Assembly (NCBI GenBank): GCA_002730525.1
Contig: PCAK01000005.1
Coordinates: forward strand, 1,280 to 65,279
Source: Acidobacteriota bacterium
GTDB lineage: Bacteria; Acidobacteriota; Vicinamibacteria; Vicinamibacterales; UBA823
Length of the DNA stretch: 64,000 nt
Direction: 5' to 3'
This document shows, one piece after another, positions 1-9,936 of the stretch (the first letter of the stretch is position 1; each line of letters opens with the position of its first letter). The notes under the pieces are model-generated. The model was given only the letters and a program-made list of their open reading frames with translations. It had not been told where the DNA came from and did no database searches. The position numbers and the translations under genes are program-made.

Positions 1-22
1 GAAGCTCAAGGACATGGCGTAG
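1..22 (+). CDS. 3' end of a gene entering from the left edge (...KLKDMA*)
   Basis: Open frame from base 2 to TAG at 20-22; product not identifiable. Confidence 0.3.
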
Positions 23-248
23 CTGGCGCTTGAGCGCCCCATAGGGCTCCTGGAAGGAGAAGCGATGACGCGATCCGCGGACGGTGTCTCGGAAGGGTGC
101 CTACGTGCGAAGCATCGACCTCAAGATCGGCATCGTGACGCTGGCGGCTTTTCTCATGATCAGCTTGCCGAACAGCGGACTGGCCCAGGGCCCTACCTTG
201 TCGGCTTGTTGCCCCCGCCACCCGAAGCTACCTTGAGTCCGGCGCTAG

Positions 249-908
249 TCAGGGCATGACCGGCGTATCTCGGAAGCCCACGGTGTCGCCGATCGTCTCG
301 AGGCTCGCCGCGACCGCCTCCATGTCGGCTTCCCAGATGCGGTCGCTCTCGAAGCGCACCTTCCGCCCGAAGACGGCGCCGGTCAGGTAACTGAAGTCGG
401 CGGTGCCTTCGAAGACCCAGCGGTACTCATCTTCGGCTGAGGGTTCGAGATCGTCGACGGCCAGGCCGGCGTAGTGGCTGAGGAACTCGTCGAAGACGTT
501 GAAGCCGGCGAAACCGAACGGCACGGCCACGATCGTCTCGCTGCCCGGGTTGGCGTAGCGGAGCTGGTGCTCGATGGCGACGGGCGGCGACCCGCGCATG
601 CTGATCCGGCTGCCGCGGGCGAGGCCTGATTCATAGGACACGACATTGATCGGCGACCCGGGCTGCTCGATGACGATGCTGCGAGTATCCAGATTCGCAC
701 TGGCTGGCACGATGAGCGCCAGGGTGATGACGAGTGAGGCGATGAGCCACCCAGGCTTCAGCCGGCGGCGCGGCCGGGCCTGAGCGGGCGTCGGCGCGGC
801 CGGCGCTTGGGCTCGAGCAGCATTCTCAACGTCCGGTCGTCCTGGGGAGACTCCTGCACCGTCGGTCTTGTCGGCAACTCGGTACCGATCCAACCACCCC
901 TCCCGCAC
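249..908 (-). CDS. Hypothetical exported protein (true start uncertain)
   Basis: Hydrophobic signal-like stretch WLIASLVITLALIVPASA followed by a beta-rich domain (SIVIEQPGSPINVVSYE...KVRFESDRIWEAD). Confidence 0.6.
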   Translation of the reverse strand: MREGWLDRYRVADKTDGAGVSPGRPDVENAARAQAPAAPTPAQARPRRRLKPGWLIASLVITLALIVPASANLDTRSIVIEQPGSPINVVSYESGLARGSRISMRGSPPVAIEHQLRYANPGSETIVAVPFGFAGFNVFDEFLSHYAGLAVDDLEPSAEDEYRWVFEGTADFSYLTGAVFGRKVRFESDRIWEADMEAVAASLETIGDTVGFRDTPVMP

Positions 909-946
909 CCTGTCACCTCCTGGGTTCTTGATATCCTCCCCTTATC

Positions 947-2056
947 ATGACCGACGCCACCTCGCGCGCTCCGAACTTCTTCCATCCTGGCGAGCCGCTG
1001 GCCGCCGACGAAATGCGGATCACGGCGCTCGGCACCGGGATGCCCTTCGTCAGGCGGTGGCAGGCCTCGGCGGGCTGGCTGGTCGAACTGGGTAACGGTG
1101 ACGTCTTCATCTTCGACCTCGGCACAGCGTCGATGACGAACCTGAACGCGCTCGGCGTACCCCACGGCAAGCTCGACAAGGTCTTTCTCACCCACCTGCA
1201 CGTCGACCACTGGGGCGACCTAACGTCGCTCTACGCGGTCGGCATGGTCCGCGACCGGTTCACGCCGCTGCACGTCTGGGGGCCGTCGGGCCCCGAGCCG
1301 CATCTCGGCACGGCGGCGTTCGGCGAGGCGTTCAGCCGGGCGATGGCTTGGGACATCGAGACGCGCATCGCGGTCACGGGTGGCGGGGCGGGCGCGGAGA
1401 TCGTCTTTCACGAGTTCGACTACCTAGCAGCGCGCAAGGAGGTGTACGCCGAACATGGCGTGACGATCACAGCCTTTCCCGCGCTGCACTGCCTCGACGG
1501 CCCGAACAGCTACCGCCTCGACTGGAACGGCTTGTCGTTCGTCTATCTGGGCGATGGCAAGCCGAGCCAGTTCATCGTGGACAATGGTCAGAATGCCGAT
1601 GTGCTCGTGCACGAGGCGTTCGTTCCAGCGCACGAGTATGCCAGGAAGACGCATCTGCCGCTCCACGTCGCCCAGAACATCGCCCACGGTGTGCACTGCC
1701 CGCCCCGCTCGGCCGGGAAGATCTTCAGCCTGACGCGGCCGCGCCTGGCCGTGCTCTATCACCTCATGCGCGGTGAGGACCTGACGGTGCCGATTCTCGA
1801 CGACCTCCGGCTGACCTACGCCGGCCCCGTCACCATCGCCGAGGATCTGATGGTGTTCAACGTGACGGCGGAGCGGATCACGCAGCGGATGGCAGTGGTG
1901 CCCGATCTGGCCTGGCCGGTCCCGTCCGACCGCGCCGTCGACGAACGTCCGCCGATCGATCCCGCACGGATGGCCCGGCTCTCACCCACACTACAGGCCG
2001 CCGAGATCCCGGTCGAGGGCGTCGAAACGACGGTGCGGGCCGGCGAGGCAAAGTAA
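947..2056 (+). CDS. MBL-fold metallo-hydrolase, RNase Z/arylsulfatase (GntH-like) subgroup
   Basis: LGTGMP, THLHVDH (HxHxDH), ALH, YLGD, LVHE, YH motifs. Confidence 0.85.
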   Translation: MTDATSRAPNFFHPGEPLAADEMRITALGTGMPFVRRWQASAGWLVELGNGDVFIFDLGTASMTNLNALGVPHGKLDKVFLTHLHVDHWGDLTSLYAVGMVRDRFTPLHVWGPSGPEPHLGTAAFGEAFSRAMAWDIETRIAVTGGGAGAEIVFHEFDYLAARKEVYAEHGVTITAFPALHCLDGPNSYRLDWNGLSFVYLGDGKPSQFIVDNGQNADVLVHEAFVPAHEYARKTHLPLHVAQNIAHGVHCPPRSAGKIFSLTRPRLAVLYHLMRGEDLTVPILDDLRLTYAGPVTIAEDLMVFNVTAERITQRMAVVPDLAWPVPSDRAVDERPPIDPARMARLSPTLQAAEIPVEGVETTVRAGEAK

Positions 2057-2068
2057 GATCGGACTTCG

Positions 2069-5000
2069 ATGCAATCGATCTGTCGGCTGCTGGTCGCCAA
2101 CCGCAGCGAAATCGCCATACGCATCTTCCGTGCCGGTCACGAACTCGGCATCGGGACGGTCGCGGTGTACGCGCACGAGGATCGCTACGCGTTGCACCGG
2201 TTCAAGGCGGACGAGGCCTACGAGATCGGTGCCCCGGGCGAGCCGATCAGGTCGTATCTCGATGTGGAGGCGATGGTCAGCTTGGCCGTCGAGCAATCGA
2301 TCGACGCCATCCACCCGGGCTACGGGTTCCTCTCGGAGAGCCCGGCCCTGGCACGTGCCTGCGCGAAGGCGGGCATCATCTTCGTCGGCCCGAGTGCGGG
2401 CCTGCTGGAGCAACTCGGCGACAAGGTCGCCGCCCGGGCCCTTGCGAAACGAGCCGGCGTGCCGGTACTCCCGGGCAGCGAGCGCCCGGTGGCCGACGCC
2501 GCCGAAGCGAAGCGGGTGGCGAAGGGACTCGGCTATCCGGTCCTGCTCAAGGCCGCCAAGGGAGGCGGGGGTCGGGGGATGCGCGTCGTCGAGCGCGCCG
2601 CCGACGTGGCGGCCCGCTTCGAGGAAGCGCAGCGCGAGTCGATGGCGGCATTCGGCAGCCCCGACCTCTTTCTGGAACGCTACATCGCTCGGCCGCGCCA
2701 CATCGAGGTCCAGCTTCTCGGTGACCAGCACGGGCACCTGGTGCACCTGTACGAGCGCGATTGCTCGGTGCAGCGGCGCCATCAAAAGGTCGTCGAGATC
2801 GCGCCGAGCCTGCTCCCGCGCGCGAGGCGCGAAGAGATCTGCGCCCACGCCCTGGCACTCGGCCGCGCCGCGGGCTTCGACAATGCGGGCACCGTCGAGT
2901 TCCTCCTGGACTCGGACACCGGCGGCTGCTTCTTCATCGAGGTCAACCCACGCATCCAGGTGGAGCACACGGTAACCGAGGCGGTCACCGGCGTCGACAT
3001 CGTCAAGGCACAGATCCTGGCGGCGCAGGGGATCGCGCTCGACGACGATCGAATCGGGCTACCGTCACAGCAGGCCGTCAGCGTGCGCGGGCACGCAATC
3101 CAGTGCCGCGTGACGACCGAGGTCCCGGAGAATTCCTTCATCCCCGACTACGGCAAGATCACCCACTATCGTTCGCCGGGCGGGATGGGCGTTCGGCTCG
3201 ATGCGGGCACGGCGTTTTCCGGCGCTGTGGTCACGCCCCACTACGACTCGTTGCTAGTCAAGGTCGTCACCTCTGGTCAGCGGTTCCCGGACACCGCGCG
3301 CCGGATGGAGCGGTGCCTGCAGGAATTCCGGGTCCGGGGGGTCAAGACCAACCTCCCGTTCCTCATCAACCTGGTACTGCACCCGACCTTCCTGGAGGGC
3401 GCGTGCACGACGCGCTTCATCGACGAAACCCCAGAACTCCTGGAGTTCTCGGCCCCACGCGACCGGGCGACGAAACTCTGCACGTACCTGGCCGAGGTGG
3501 CCATCAACGGCCACCCGCTGGTGCCGGAGCGGCCGGCCGACGTCCGCCGCGAACCGGTGCTGCTTCCGCCGCACCACGGGCAGCAGCCGTTCCCAGACGG
3601 GACGCGCGACCGATTGCGGCGGATGGGTGCGGAGAGGTTCTGCGGCTGGATCAGGAATCAACGGTCGCTGCTCGTGACCGACACGACCTTCCGCGACGCG
3701 CACCAGTCACTGCTCGCGACTCGAATTCGGACCTACGACATGCTGGCCGTCGCCGACCTGTATGCGCGGCGAGCCTCGACGCTCTTCTCGCTCGAGATGT
3801 GGGGCGGCGCGACGTTCGACAGCGCGATGCGGTTCCTCAAGGAATCCCCGTGGGCCCGGCTGACGACGCTGCGCAAACGGATCCCGAACATCCTCTTCCA
3901 GATGCTGCTGCGCGGCGCGAACGGCGTCGGCTACGGCACCTACCCAGACAACGTCGTGCGCGCGTTCGTCGCCGAATCGGCCTCGGCCGGCATCGACGTC
4001 TTCCGAATCTTCGATGCGCTCAACTACCTGCCAAACATGAAGGCGGCGATGGATGCGGTGCGACGGACCGATGCGCTGTGCGAGGCGGCCATCTGCTATA
4101 CCGGCGACATCATCGACCCCGACCGGACGAAGTACAGCCTCGACTACTACGTCGGGCTGGCCAGGGAACTGGAGAAGATGGGCGCGCATCTTCTTTGCAT
4201 CAAGGACATGGCCGGCCTGTGCAAGCCCTACGCAGCCGAACTGCTCGTGAAAGCGCTGCGCCAGGAAACCGACCTGCCGATTCACTTTCACACGCACGAC
4301 TCGGCGGGGGTGCAGGCCGCCGCCATCCTGAAGGCGACCGAAGCTGGCCTCGACATTGCCGACGCGGCCTCGGGGCCGTTGTCGGGGATGACCTCCCAGC
4401 CGACCCTCGACGGCGTCGTCGAGGCGCTGCGGTTCACGAAGCGGGATACTGGCCTCGACGGCGAGGCGCTCCAGCAAATCGCTGAGTACTGGGAGGCGGC
4501 CCGCGACTTCTATCAGCCGTTCGAGGCGGGCATGCGTGCCGCTTCCGCCGATGTCTACCGTCACGAGATGCCCGGCGGCCAGACGACCAATCTGCGGCAG
4601 CAGGCCGCGTCGCTCGGTCTGGCGTCACGCTGGCACGAGATCTGCCGCGCCTACGAGGACGCGAACCGGCTGCTGGGTGACGTCATCAAGGTCACGCCCA
4701 GTTCGAAGGCGATCGGCGACCTGGCGCTCTACCTCGTGACGAACAATCTGTCGGCCGATGCCATCCTGACCTCCGAGCGGGACCTGGCCTTCCCAGACTC
4801 GGTCGTCGAACTGGTATCCGGCGGCCTGGGTCAGCCCCACGGCGGCTTTCCGCCGAAAGTCCGCCAGCGGATTCTTCGAGGCCAGAAGCCGAAGCGCGGC
4901 CGCCCTGGCGCGGGTCTGCCAGCGGCCGATTTGAAGGCGGTCCGCGCCACCCTCAGCGACGAACTGGGCCGGCCAGCGAGCCAGCGTGACGTCCTCTCGC

Positions 5001-5509
5001 ACCTGATGTTCCCCAAGGTCTTCGCGGAATTCAGCGCACACGAGGACCGCTACTCGGACGTGAGTGTGCTGCCGACGCCGTCGTTCCTCTACGGCCTGGA
5101 GCCGGGCGAGGAGACAGTCGTCGAGATTGAGCGCGGCAAGACGTTGCTCATCCGCCTGGTCGCCATCGGCGAGCCGAACGACGACGGCGTCCGGACGATC
5201 TTCTTCGAATTGAACGGCCAGCCGCGCCACGTGACCGTGCAGGATCGGCAGCTGACGGCCAGTGCGCCTGCCCACGTGCAGGCCGACCCCGCCGACCCGA
5301 AGCAGCTGGCGGCCGCCATGCCGGGACTCGTGACCCTCGTGGCGGTGAAGCCCGGCGACCGCGTGTCGCGGGGAGAGAAGCTGCTCTCGCTCGAAGCGAT
5401 GAAGATGGAAACCTCGATCTACGCCGAACGCGACGGAGAGGTCGCCGAGGTGCTCGTCCATCCGGGAACGCAGGTGGTTGCCGGTGATCTGGTGATCAGG
5501 CTCGCCTGA
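2069..5509 (+). CDS. pyc: Pyruvate carboxylase
   Basis: Biotin carboxylase (ANRSEIA, GGGGRGMR, RDCSVQRRHQK), carboxyltransferase (RDAHQSL, WGGATFD, HFHTH), biotinyl EAMKME; 1146 aa. Confidence 0.97.
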   Translation: MQSICRLLVANRSEIAIRIFRAGHELGIGTVAVYAHEDRYALHRFKADEAYEIGAPGEPIRSYLDVEAMVSLAVEQSIDAIHPGYGFLSESPALARACAKAGIIFVGPSAGLLEQLGDKVAARALAKRAGVPVLPGSERPVADAAEAKRVAKGLGYPVLLKAAKGGGGRGMRVVERAADVAARFEEAQRESMAAFGSPDLFLERYIARPRHIEVQLLGDQHGHLVHLYERDCSVQRRHQKVVEIAPSLLPRARREEICAHALALGRAAGFDNAGTVEFLLDSDTGGCFFIEVNPRIQVEHTVTEAVTGVDIVKAQILAAQGIALDDDRIGLPSQQAVSVRGHAIQCRVTTEVPENSFIPDYGKITHYRSPGGMGVRLDAGTAFSGAVVTPHYDSLLVKVVTSGQRFPDTARRMERCLQEFRVRGVKTNLPFLINLVLHPTFLEGACTTRFIDETPELLEFSAPRDRATKLCTYLAEVAINGHPLVPERPADVRREPVLLPPHHGQQPFPDGTRDRLRRMGAERFCGWIRNQRSLLVTDTTFRDAHQSLLATRIRTYDMLAVADLYARRASTLFSLEMWGGATFDSAMRFLKESPWARLTTLRKRIPNILFQMLLRGANGVGYGTYPDNVVRAFVAESASAGIDVFRIFDALNYLPNMKAAMDAVRRTDALCEAAICYTGDIIDPDRTKYSLDYYVGLARELEKMGAHLLCIKDMAGLCKPYAAELLVKALRQETDLPIHFHTHDSAGVQAAAILKATEAGLDIADAASGPLSGMTSQPTLDGVVEALRFTKRDTGLDGEALQQIAEYWEAARDFYQPFEAGMRAASADVYRHEMPGGQTTNLRQQAASLGLASRWHEICRAYEDANRLLGDVIKVTPSSKAIGDLALYLVTNNLSADAILTSERDLAFPDSVVELVSGGLGQPHGGFPPKVRQRILRGQKPKRGRPGAGLPAADLKAVRATLSDELGRPASQRDVLSHLMFPKVFAEFSAHEDRYSDVSVLPTPSFLYGLEPGEETVVEIERGKTLLIRLVAIGEPNDDGVRTIFFELNGQPRHVTVQDRQLTASAPAHVQADPADPKQLAAAMPGLVTLVAVKPGDRVSRGEKLLSLEAMKMETSIYAERDGEVAEVLVHPGTQVVAGDLVIRLA

Positions 5510-5538
5510 CCTGGCCACTCCGATCGGCGGCCCTCCGA

Positions 5539-5544
5539 TATAAT
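5539..5544 (+). promoter_or_regulatory. Putative sigma70 -10 hexamer upstream of tctC
   Basis: Perfect TATAAT in a short intergenic gap of high-GC DNA. Confidence 0.4.
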
Positions 5545-5595
5545 CGCAACTCGTTCCCGACAGCGGATCTCGCGACATCAGAAGGGAGTCGAGCG

Positions 5596-6561
5596 GTGAG
5601 CCGAACCGGTGGCATCTTCACGATCGCGACCGGACTCGCCGTCGCCCTCTCGGCCTGCAGCGGCGGACCGCAGGCGTCGGACGACGCCTTCCCCACCGAG
5701 CCGATCGACCTCGTCGTACCGTTCGCGGCAGGCGGTGCCGCCGATCTGGCGGCACGGGCGTTCGCCGACGGACTGTCGAGCGCCGTCGGACAGCCAGTCG
5801 TCGTCGTCAATCGCGACGGCGCCGCCGGCACGATCGGCGGCTTGGCTGTCGCATCGGCCGCGCCGGACGGCTACACACTCGGGTTCGTACCGGGCGGCGT
5901 GCTGACCTCGCAGCCACACGTTATCGAGACAACCTACGACCTCGACGCCTTCTCGTACGTCTGCCAGGTGACCGAACGCTTCCTCCTCGTATCGGGTCAG
6001 GCCGACGGCGCCTTCGAGTCGATGGCCGACGTCGTCACCGCGGCCCGGGCCAACCCCGGAGCGGTCACATACGGCCATCCCGGGGTCGGCAGCTTTCCGC
6101 ACCTATTCATGGAGCAGCTCGCCGCAGCCGCCGACATCGAACTGACGGCCGTCCCCTTTCGCGGCGACGCGCAGTCGGTGACGAACCTACTCGGGGGTCA
6201 CATCACGCTGGCCGCGACCGCCGAAGGCTCGATCGCCGGGCAGCAGGTGCGGCCGCTCGGCGTCTTCGCCGCATCGCGGCTCGAACGGATGCCGGACGTT
6301 CCGACGCTGAGCGAGTCGGGGTACGACGTGAGGACATCGATTCCCACCGGGGTCATCGCTCCGGCCGGCGTTCCCGCCGACGTCCTCGCGACGCTAGAGT
6401 CGGCGTGCCGCGCGGCCTACGAGAGCGAGGCGTTCCTGGCGATGGTTGATCGCACCTTCCAGCTGCCGACCTTTGTCGGCGGCGCGGCGTTCGGCGCCCG
6501 CGCCGTGGCCGACTCGGCCGTGATGCGCGACGTCGTGAGCGCGCTCGGGCTGGGACGCTGA
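5596..6561 (+). CDS. tctC: Tripartite tricarboxylate transporter substrate-binding protein (Bug/TctC), lipoprotein
   Basis: FPTEPIDLVVPFAAGGAAD, GAAGTIG, PDGYTL, VPFRG, PDVPT; lipobox LSAC. Confidence 0.9.
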   Translation: MSRTGGIFTIATGLAVALSACSGGPQASDDAFPTEPIDLVVPFAAGGAADLAARAFADGLSSAVGQPVVVVNRDGAAGTIGGLAVASAAPDGYTLGFVPGGVLTSQPHVIETTYDLDAFSYVCQVTERFLLVSGQADGAFESMADVVTAARANPGAVTYGHPGVGSFPHLFMEQLAAAADIELTAVPFRGDAQSVTNLLGGHITLAATAEGSIAGQQVRPLGVFAASRLERMPDVPTLSESGYDVRTSIPTGVIAPAGVPADVLATLESACRAAYESEAFLAMVDRTFQLPTFVGGAAFGARAVADSAVMRDVVSALGLGR

Positions 6562-6577
6562 CGACGCGGAGCCCGCG

Positions 6578-7021
6578 ATGGCAAGACTGACGCCGACGGC
6601 AGACGTCGCGGCAGGACTGACCTTTGTCGCAACGGCGCTGCTCGCGCTCGTCGCCGGCAGCCAACTCCCCATCGGCACGCCGGCGCAGATGGGCAGCGGC
6701 TTCGTGCCGATCGTGCTCGGCACCGCCCTGCTGCTGCTCGGGACGCTCATCTCCGCGCGCGCCTGGCGTCGACCGGCGCCGCGCGTCGGCCCGTGGGCTT
6801 GGCGGCCGCTCGCGACCGTTCTGGGCGCCACGCTCCTCTTCGCATCGCTCATCTCCGCGGCCGGCCTGCTGCTCGCGGCCTTCGTGACGGTCGTCGCGGC
6901 GGGCCTGGCCGCCGAGCGGGTACGGCTGCAAGGACTGGTCGCGTTCGCGGCCGGACTGTCCATCCTCGTGACGATCATCTTCGTCGGGCTGCTCGGCCTG
7001 CCGATCGACTGGCTGCCCTGA
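6578..7021 (+). CDS. tctB: Tripartite tricarboxylate transporter small permease TctB
   Basis: Small multi-TM protein with GTPAQMGSGFVP and C-terminal IFVGLLGLP; between tctC and tctA. Confidence 0.88.
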   Translation: MARLTPTADVAAGLTFVATALLALVAGSQLPIGTPAQMGSGFVPIVLGTALLLLGTLISARAWRRPAPRVGPWAWRPLATVLGATLLFASLISAAGLLLAAFVTVVAAGLAAERVRLQGLVAFAAGLSILVTIIFVGLLGLPIDWLP

Positions 7022-7034
7022 CAGCCTTCGAACA

Positions 7035-8540
7035 ATGGATGTCTTCGCCAACCTCGCGACCGGCTTCGGCGTCGCGGTCACGCCCGAAAACCTCCTGTTC
7101 TGTCTGGCAGGAGTGCTGCTCGGCACGCTGATCGGCGTACTGCCCGGCATCGGCCCGCTCACGACCGTCGCGCTGCTACTGCCGCTCACGTTTCAGCTCG
7201 AGCCGGTCGGCGCGCTGATCATGCTCGCCGGGATCTACTACGGCGCGCAGTACGGCGGCTCGACGACGGCGATTCTCGTCAATCTTCCCGGCGAGGCGTC
7301 GTCGGTCGTCACCTGCCTGGACGGCCATGCACTCGCCAGGCAGGGCCGGGCCGGCACGGCGCTGGCGACGGCGGCGATCGGGTCGTTCATCGCCGGCTCG
7401 GTCGCGACCGTCGTCGTCGCCGTCGCCGGACCGCTGCTCGGCGTCATCGCCCTCAGCTTCGGGCCGACCGAATACTGGGCGTTGATGGCGCTCGGGCTAG
7501 TCGGCGTCATCGTGCTCGCCCGCGGCCCCGTGCTGAAGGCGATGGCGATGATTCTGGTGGGCCTGCTCGTGGGGCTCGTCGGCACCGATGTAACGACCGG
7601 CACCGCGCGGTACACCTTCGGCATCCCCGAACTGGTCGACGGTGTCGGGTTCGCACCTGTGGCCATGGGCCTATTCGGGCTGACCGAGGTGGCGATCAAC
7701 CTCGAGCAGGGTGCACGCCGAGACCTCCTGACCCGACGGGTCGCCGGATTGATGCCGACGCGCGACGACCTGCGGCGCGCCCTGCCGGCCATCTTTCGGG
7801 GCACGACGCTCGGATCGCTGCTCGGCACGCTGCCGGGGGGCGGGCCGGTGCTGAGCGCGTTCGCGTCCTATGCGATGGAAAAGAAGCTGGCTGCCGAGCC
7901 CGCGCGGTTCGGGAACGGGGCGATCGAGGGCGTCGCCGGCCCAGAATCGGCCAACAACGCCGCGGCTCAGACGTCGTTCATCCCGCTGCTGACGCTCGGC
8001 GTGCCGGCGAACCCGGTCATGGCGCTGATGATCGGCGCGATGATGATCCACGGCATCACGCCCGGACCGCAGGTGATGACGGCGCAGCCGGAACTCTTCT
8101 GGGGAATCATCGCCAGCATGTGGATCGGCAACGCACTCCTGCTCGTCTTCAACCTGCCGCTGATCGGACTCTGGGTGCGCTTCCTGTCGACACCATACCG
8201 GTTGTTGTTTCCGATGATCGTGCTCTTTTGCAGCCTCGGCGCCTTCGCGCTCAACAACTCGACCTTCGAAGTCCTCGTCATGGCCGCGGCCGGCCTGGCT
8301 GGCTATGCGTTCCGCAAGCTGGGCTGCGACACCGCGCCCCTACTGATGGCGATGGTCCTCGGTCCGATGATGGAGGAGAACTTCCGGCGGGCGATGTTGC
8401 TCTCGCAGGGGCGGCTGGCGGTCTTCGTCGAGCGCCCGATCAGCCTGGTCCTCCTGGCAATCGCGGTCACGCTGCTGCTGTTCGTCCTCGTCCCGGCCGT
8501 CCGGCAATCCCGAGAAGAGGTGTTTCGCGAGTGCCCGTGA
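7035..8540 (+). CDS. tctA: Tripartite tricarboxylate transporter large permease TctA
   Basis: GVLPGIGP, IYYGAQYGGS, GPESANNA, GITPGP; 501 aa. Confidence 0.95.
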   Translation: MDVFANLATGFGVAVTPENLLFCLAGVLLGTLIGVLPGIGPLTTVALLLPLTFQLEPVGALIMLAGIYYGAQYGGSTTAILVNLPGEASSVVTCLDGHALARQGRAGTALATAAIGSFIAGSVATVVVAVAGPLLGVIALSFGPTEYWALMALGLVGVIVLARGPVLKAMAMILVGLLVGLVGTDVTTGTARYTFGIPELVDGVGFAPVAMGLFGLTEVAINLEQGARRDLLTRRVAGLMPTRDDLRRALPAIFRGTTLGSLLGTLPGGGPVLSAFASYAMEKKLAAEPARFGNGAIEGVAGPESANNAAAQTSFIPLLTLGVPANPVMALMIGAMMIHGITPGPQVMTAQPELFWGIIASMWIGNALLLVFNLPLIGLWVRFLSTPYRLLFPMIVLFCSLGAFALNNSTFEVLVMAAAGLAGYAFRKLGCDTAPLLMAMVLGPMMEENFRRAMLLSQGRLAVFVERPISLVLLAIAVTLLLFVLVPAVRQSREEVFRECP

Positions 8541-8569
8541 CGACCTGGCGCTGACGGCCGCCAACGTGA

Positions 8570-9754
8570 CTAGCCGGCCGCCGCCCACCAACGCTTCGGG
8601 TCCATTCGCTCACCGTAGCCGAGCGCGACGTCGAGCCAGAGCATCAGCCGGCGCAGCGGCGTCCCCGCCAGCCACCGCCCCACCCGCAGCCACCACTTCG
8701 AGAAGTCCTTGTTGTACGGGCAGACCCGTAGACAGATCGCGCAGTCGCTGTTCTGGGCGGCCCAGTACCCGAAGCACCTCTCGGCATCGATCGACCACTT
8801 GCGCACGCCGCGAAGGTTCGACTCGTTGTGGCGCATCGTTGTCGGCGCATCCTCGGAAACCGCTTTGACAGGGCAGGCCTGGCTGCAGCGCCGGCAGACG
8901 TCGCAAAACGCCTTGACCCCGAAGCGCGCCGGTTGGTCGTGGGCCAGCGGCAGGTCGGTGTAAATCTTCCCGAGGCGGACGCGTGGGCCGAACTCCTTCG
9001 TAATGAGAAGGCCGAGCCGGCCGTACTCGCCCAAGCCGGCCTGAATTGCCAGCGGGATCGCCAGCGACGTGTCGTTCATGCTGGCCACGGCTCGGTAGCC
9101 GAGGTTCTGGATGTACTGCGCAGTCGACAAGACGACCATCGCGTCGCGCGAGTAGCCCGCGCCGGTCGCTGCGCCACTCAGCGCCGACGGCACCGTCCGG
9201 ATGAGGTCGTAGTCCATCGACTGCGCCGTGACGATGACGCTCGTCATGCCGGCCGGGATCTCCTGCGGCTTCGCCTGCAGGCTGAGGTCACTGAACTTGT
9301 TCACGTACATCCAGCGCTCATCGTGGGCAGTGATCCCGACGAGGTCGGCGCCGAATCCCCGGGCGACGCGCTTGACCTCGGCGGCCGCCGCGGCCGGCGT
9401 CCCCAGGTTCATCCGCTCGCGCGCCACACCACGGTCCAGGGTGAATTCGTCGGTGAACCCCTCGCGGCGATCCTCGTCCTGCTTCAACTCGGTGAAGAGG
9501 TCCGAGACGTGCCAGGCGGCGTTCCGCAGGGCGTAGTCCTTCTGGGTGAACCCGTCGGTCCTGCGCCACAGGGTCAGCGGCTCACGGTAGGTCGCGTAGA
9601 ACTGCTTGCTCTCGTCGCTCCGGATCCGAGAGTCCCACCACGACCGGCGGAAGACGTCGTTCCGCTGGTCGAAGCGCTCGAACTCGGCCTGTACGTCGAA
9701 GCCGGCCTTGCGGTCGGTCGCGGCCCGATCGGTGTCGACGGGACGATTCGCCAC
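8570..9754 (-). CDS. Reductive dehalogenase (RdhA)-family cobalamin/2x[4Fe-4S] protein without Tat signal
   Basis: FGADLVGI, AGLGEYGRLGLLIT..FGPRVRL..IYTDLPL, FCDVCRRCSQACP and RCFGYW..DCAICLRVCPYNK. Confidence 0.8.
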   Translation of the reverse strand: MANRPVDTDRAATDRKAGFDVQAEFERFDQRNDVFRRSWWDSRIRSDESKQFYATYREPLTLWRRTDGFTQKDYALRNAAWHVSDLFTELKQDEDRREGFTDEFTLDRGVARERMNLGTPAAAAAEVKRVARGFGADLVGITAHDERWMYVNKFSDLSLQAKPQEIPAGMTSVIVTAQSMDYDLIRTVPSALSGAATGAGYSRDAMVVLSTAQYIQNLGYRAVASMNDTSLAIPLAIQAGLGEYGRLGLLITKEFGPRVRLGKIYTDLPLAHDQPARFGVKAFCDVCRRCSQACPVKAVSEDAPTTMRHNESNLRGVRKWSIDAERCFGYWAAQNSDCAICLRVCPYNKDFSKWWLRVGRWLAGTPLRRLMLWLDVALGYGERMDPKRWWAAAG

Positions 9755-9936
9755 GGAACGAGCTTAGCAGTTGACGTCTCGAAGCGACACGACAGTCATG
9801 CGAACCGGACAGCCGCCCGGCCTGTGCGCGGCCCCGACCCCACGAACGACGGTGGACGGCGGCCGAAACACCGGATGCGCGACCTGGTATGCCGCTTGCA
9901 CAACAGTCACGTGGCGTTCGTGAACTGGAGGTCACC

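Noticed and set aside
947..2056. Guanitoxin biosynthesis, or tRNA-processing RNase Z
   Set aside because: No other gnt genes; the family label alone does not establish substrate
8570..9754. Epoxyqueuosine reductase QueG call
   Set aside because: Lacks QueG-type CISYLTIE and GCDxCQ motifs; has RdhA-type C..YW and CPYNK
9755..9936. Cobalamin riboswitch upstream of the RdhA-like gene
   Set aside because: No B12-box or GGGAA...GCAACTGT core visible
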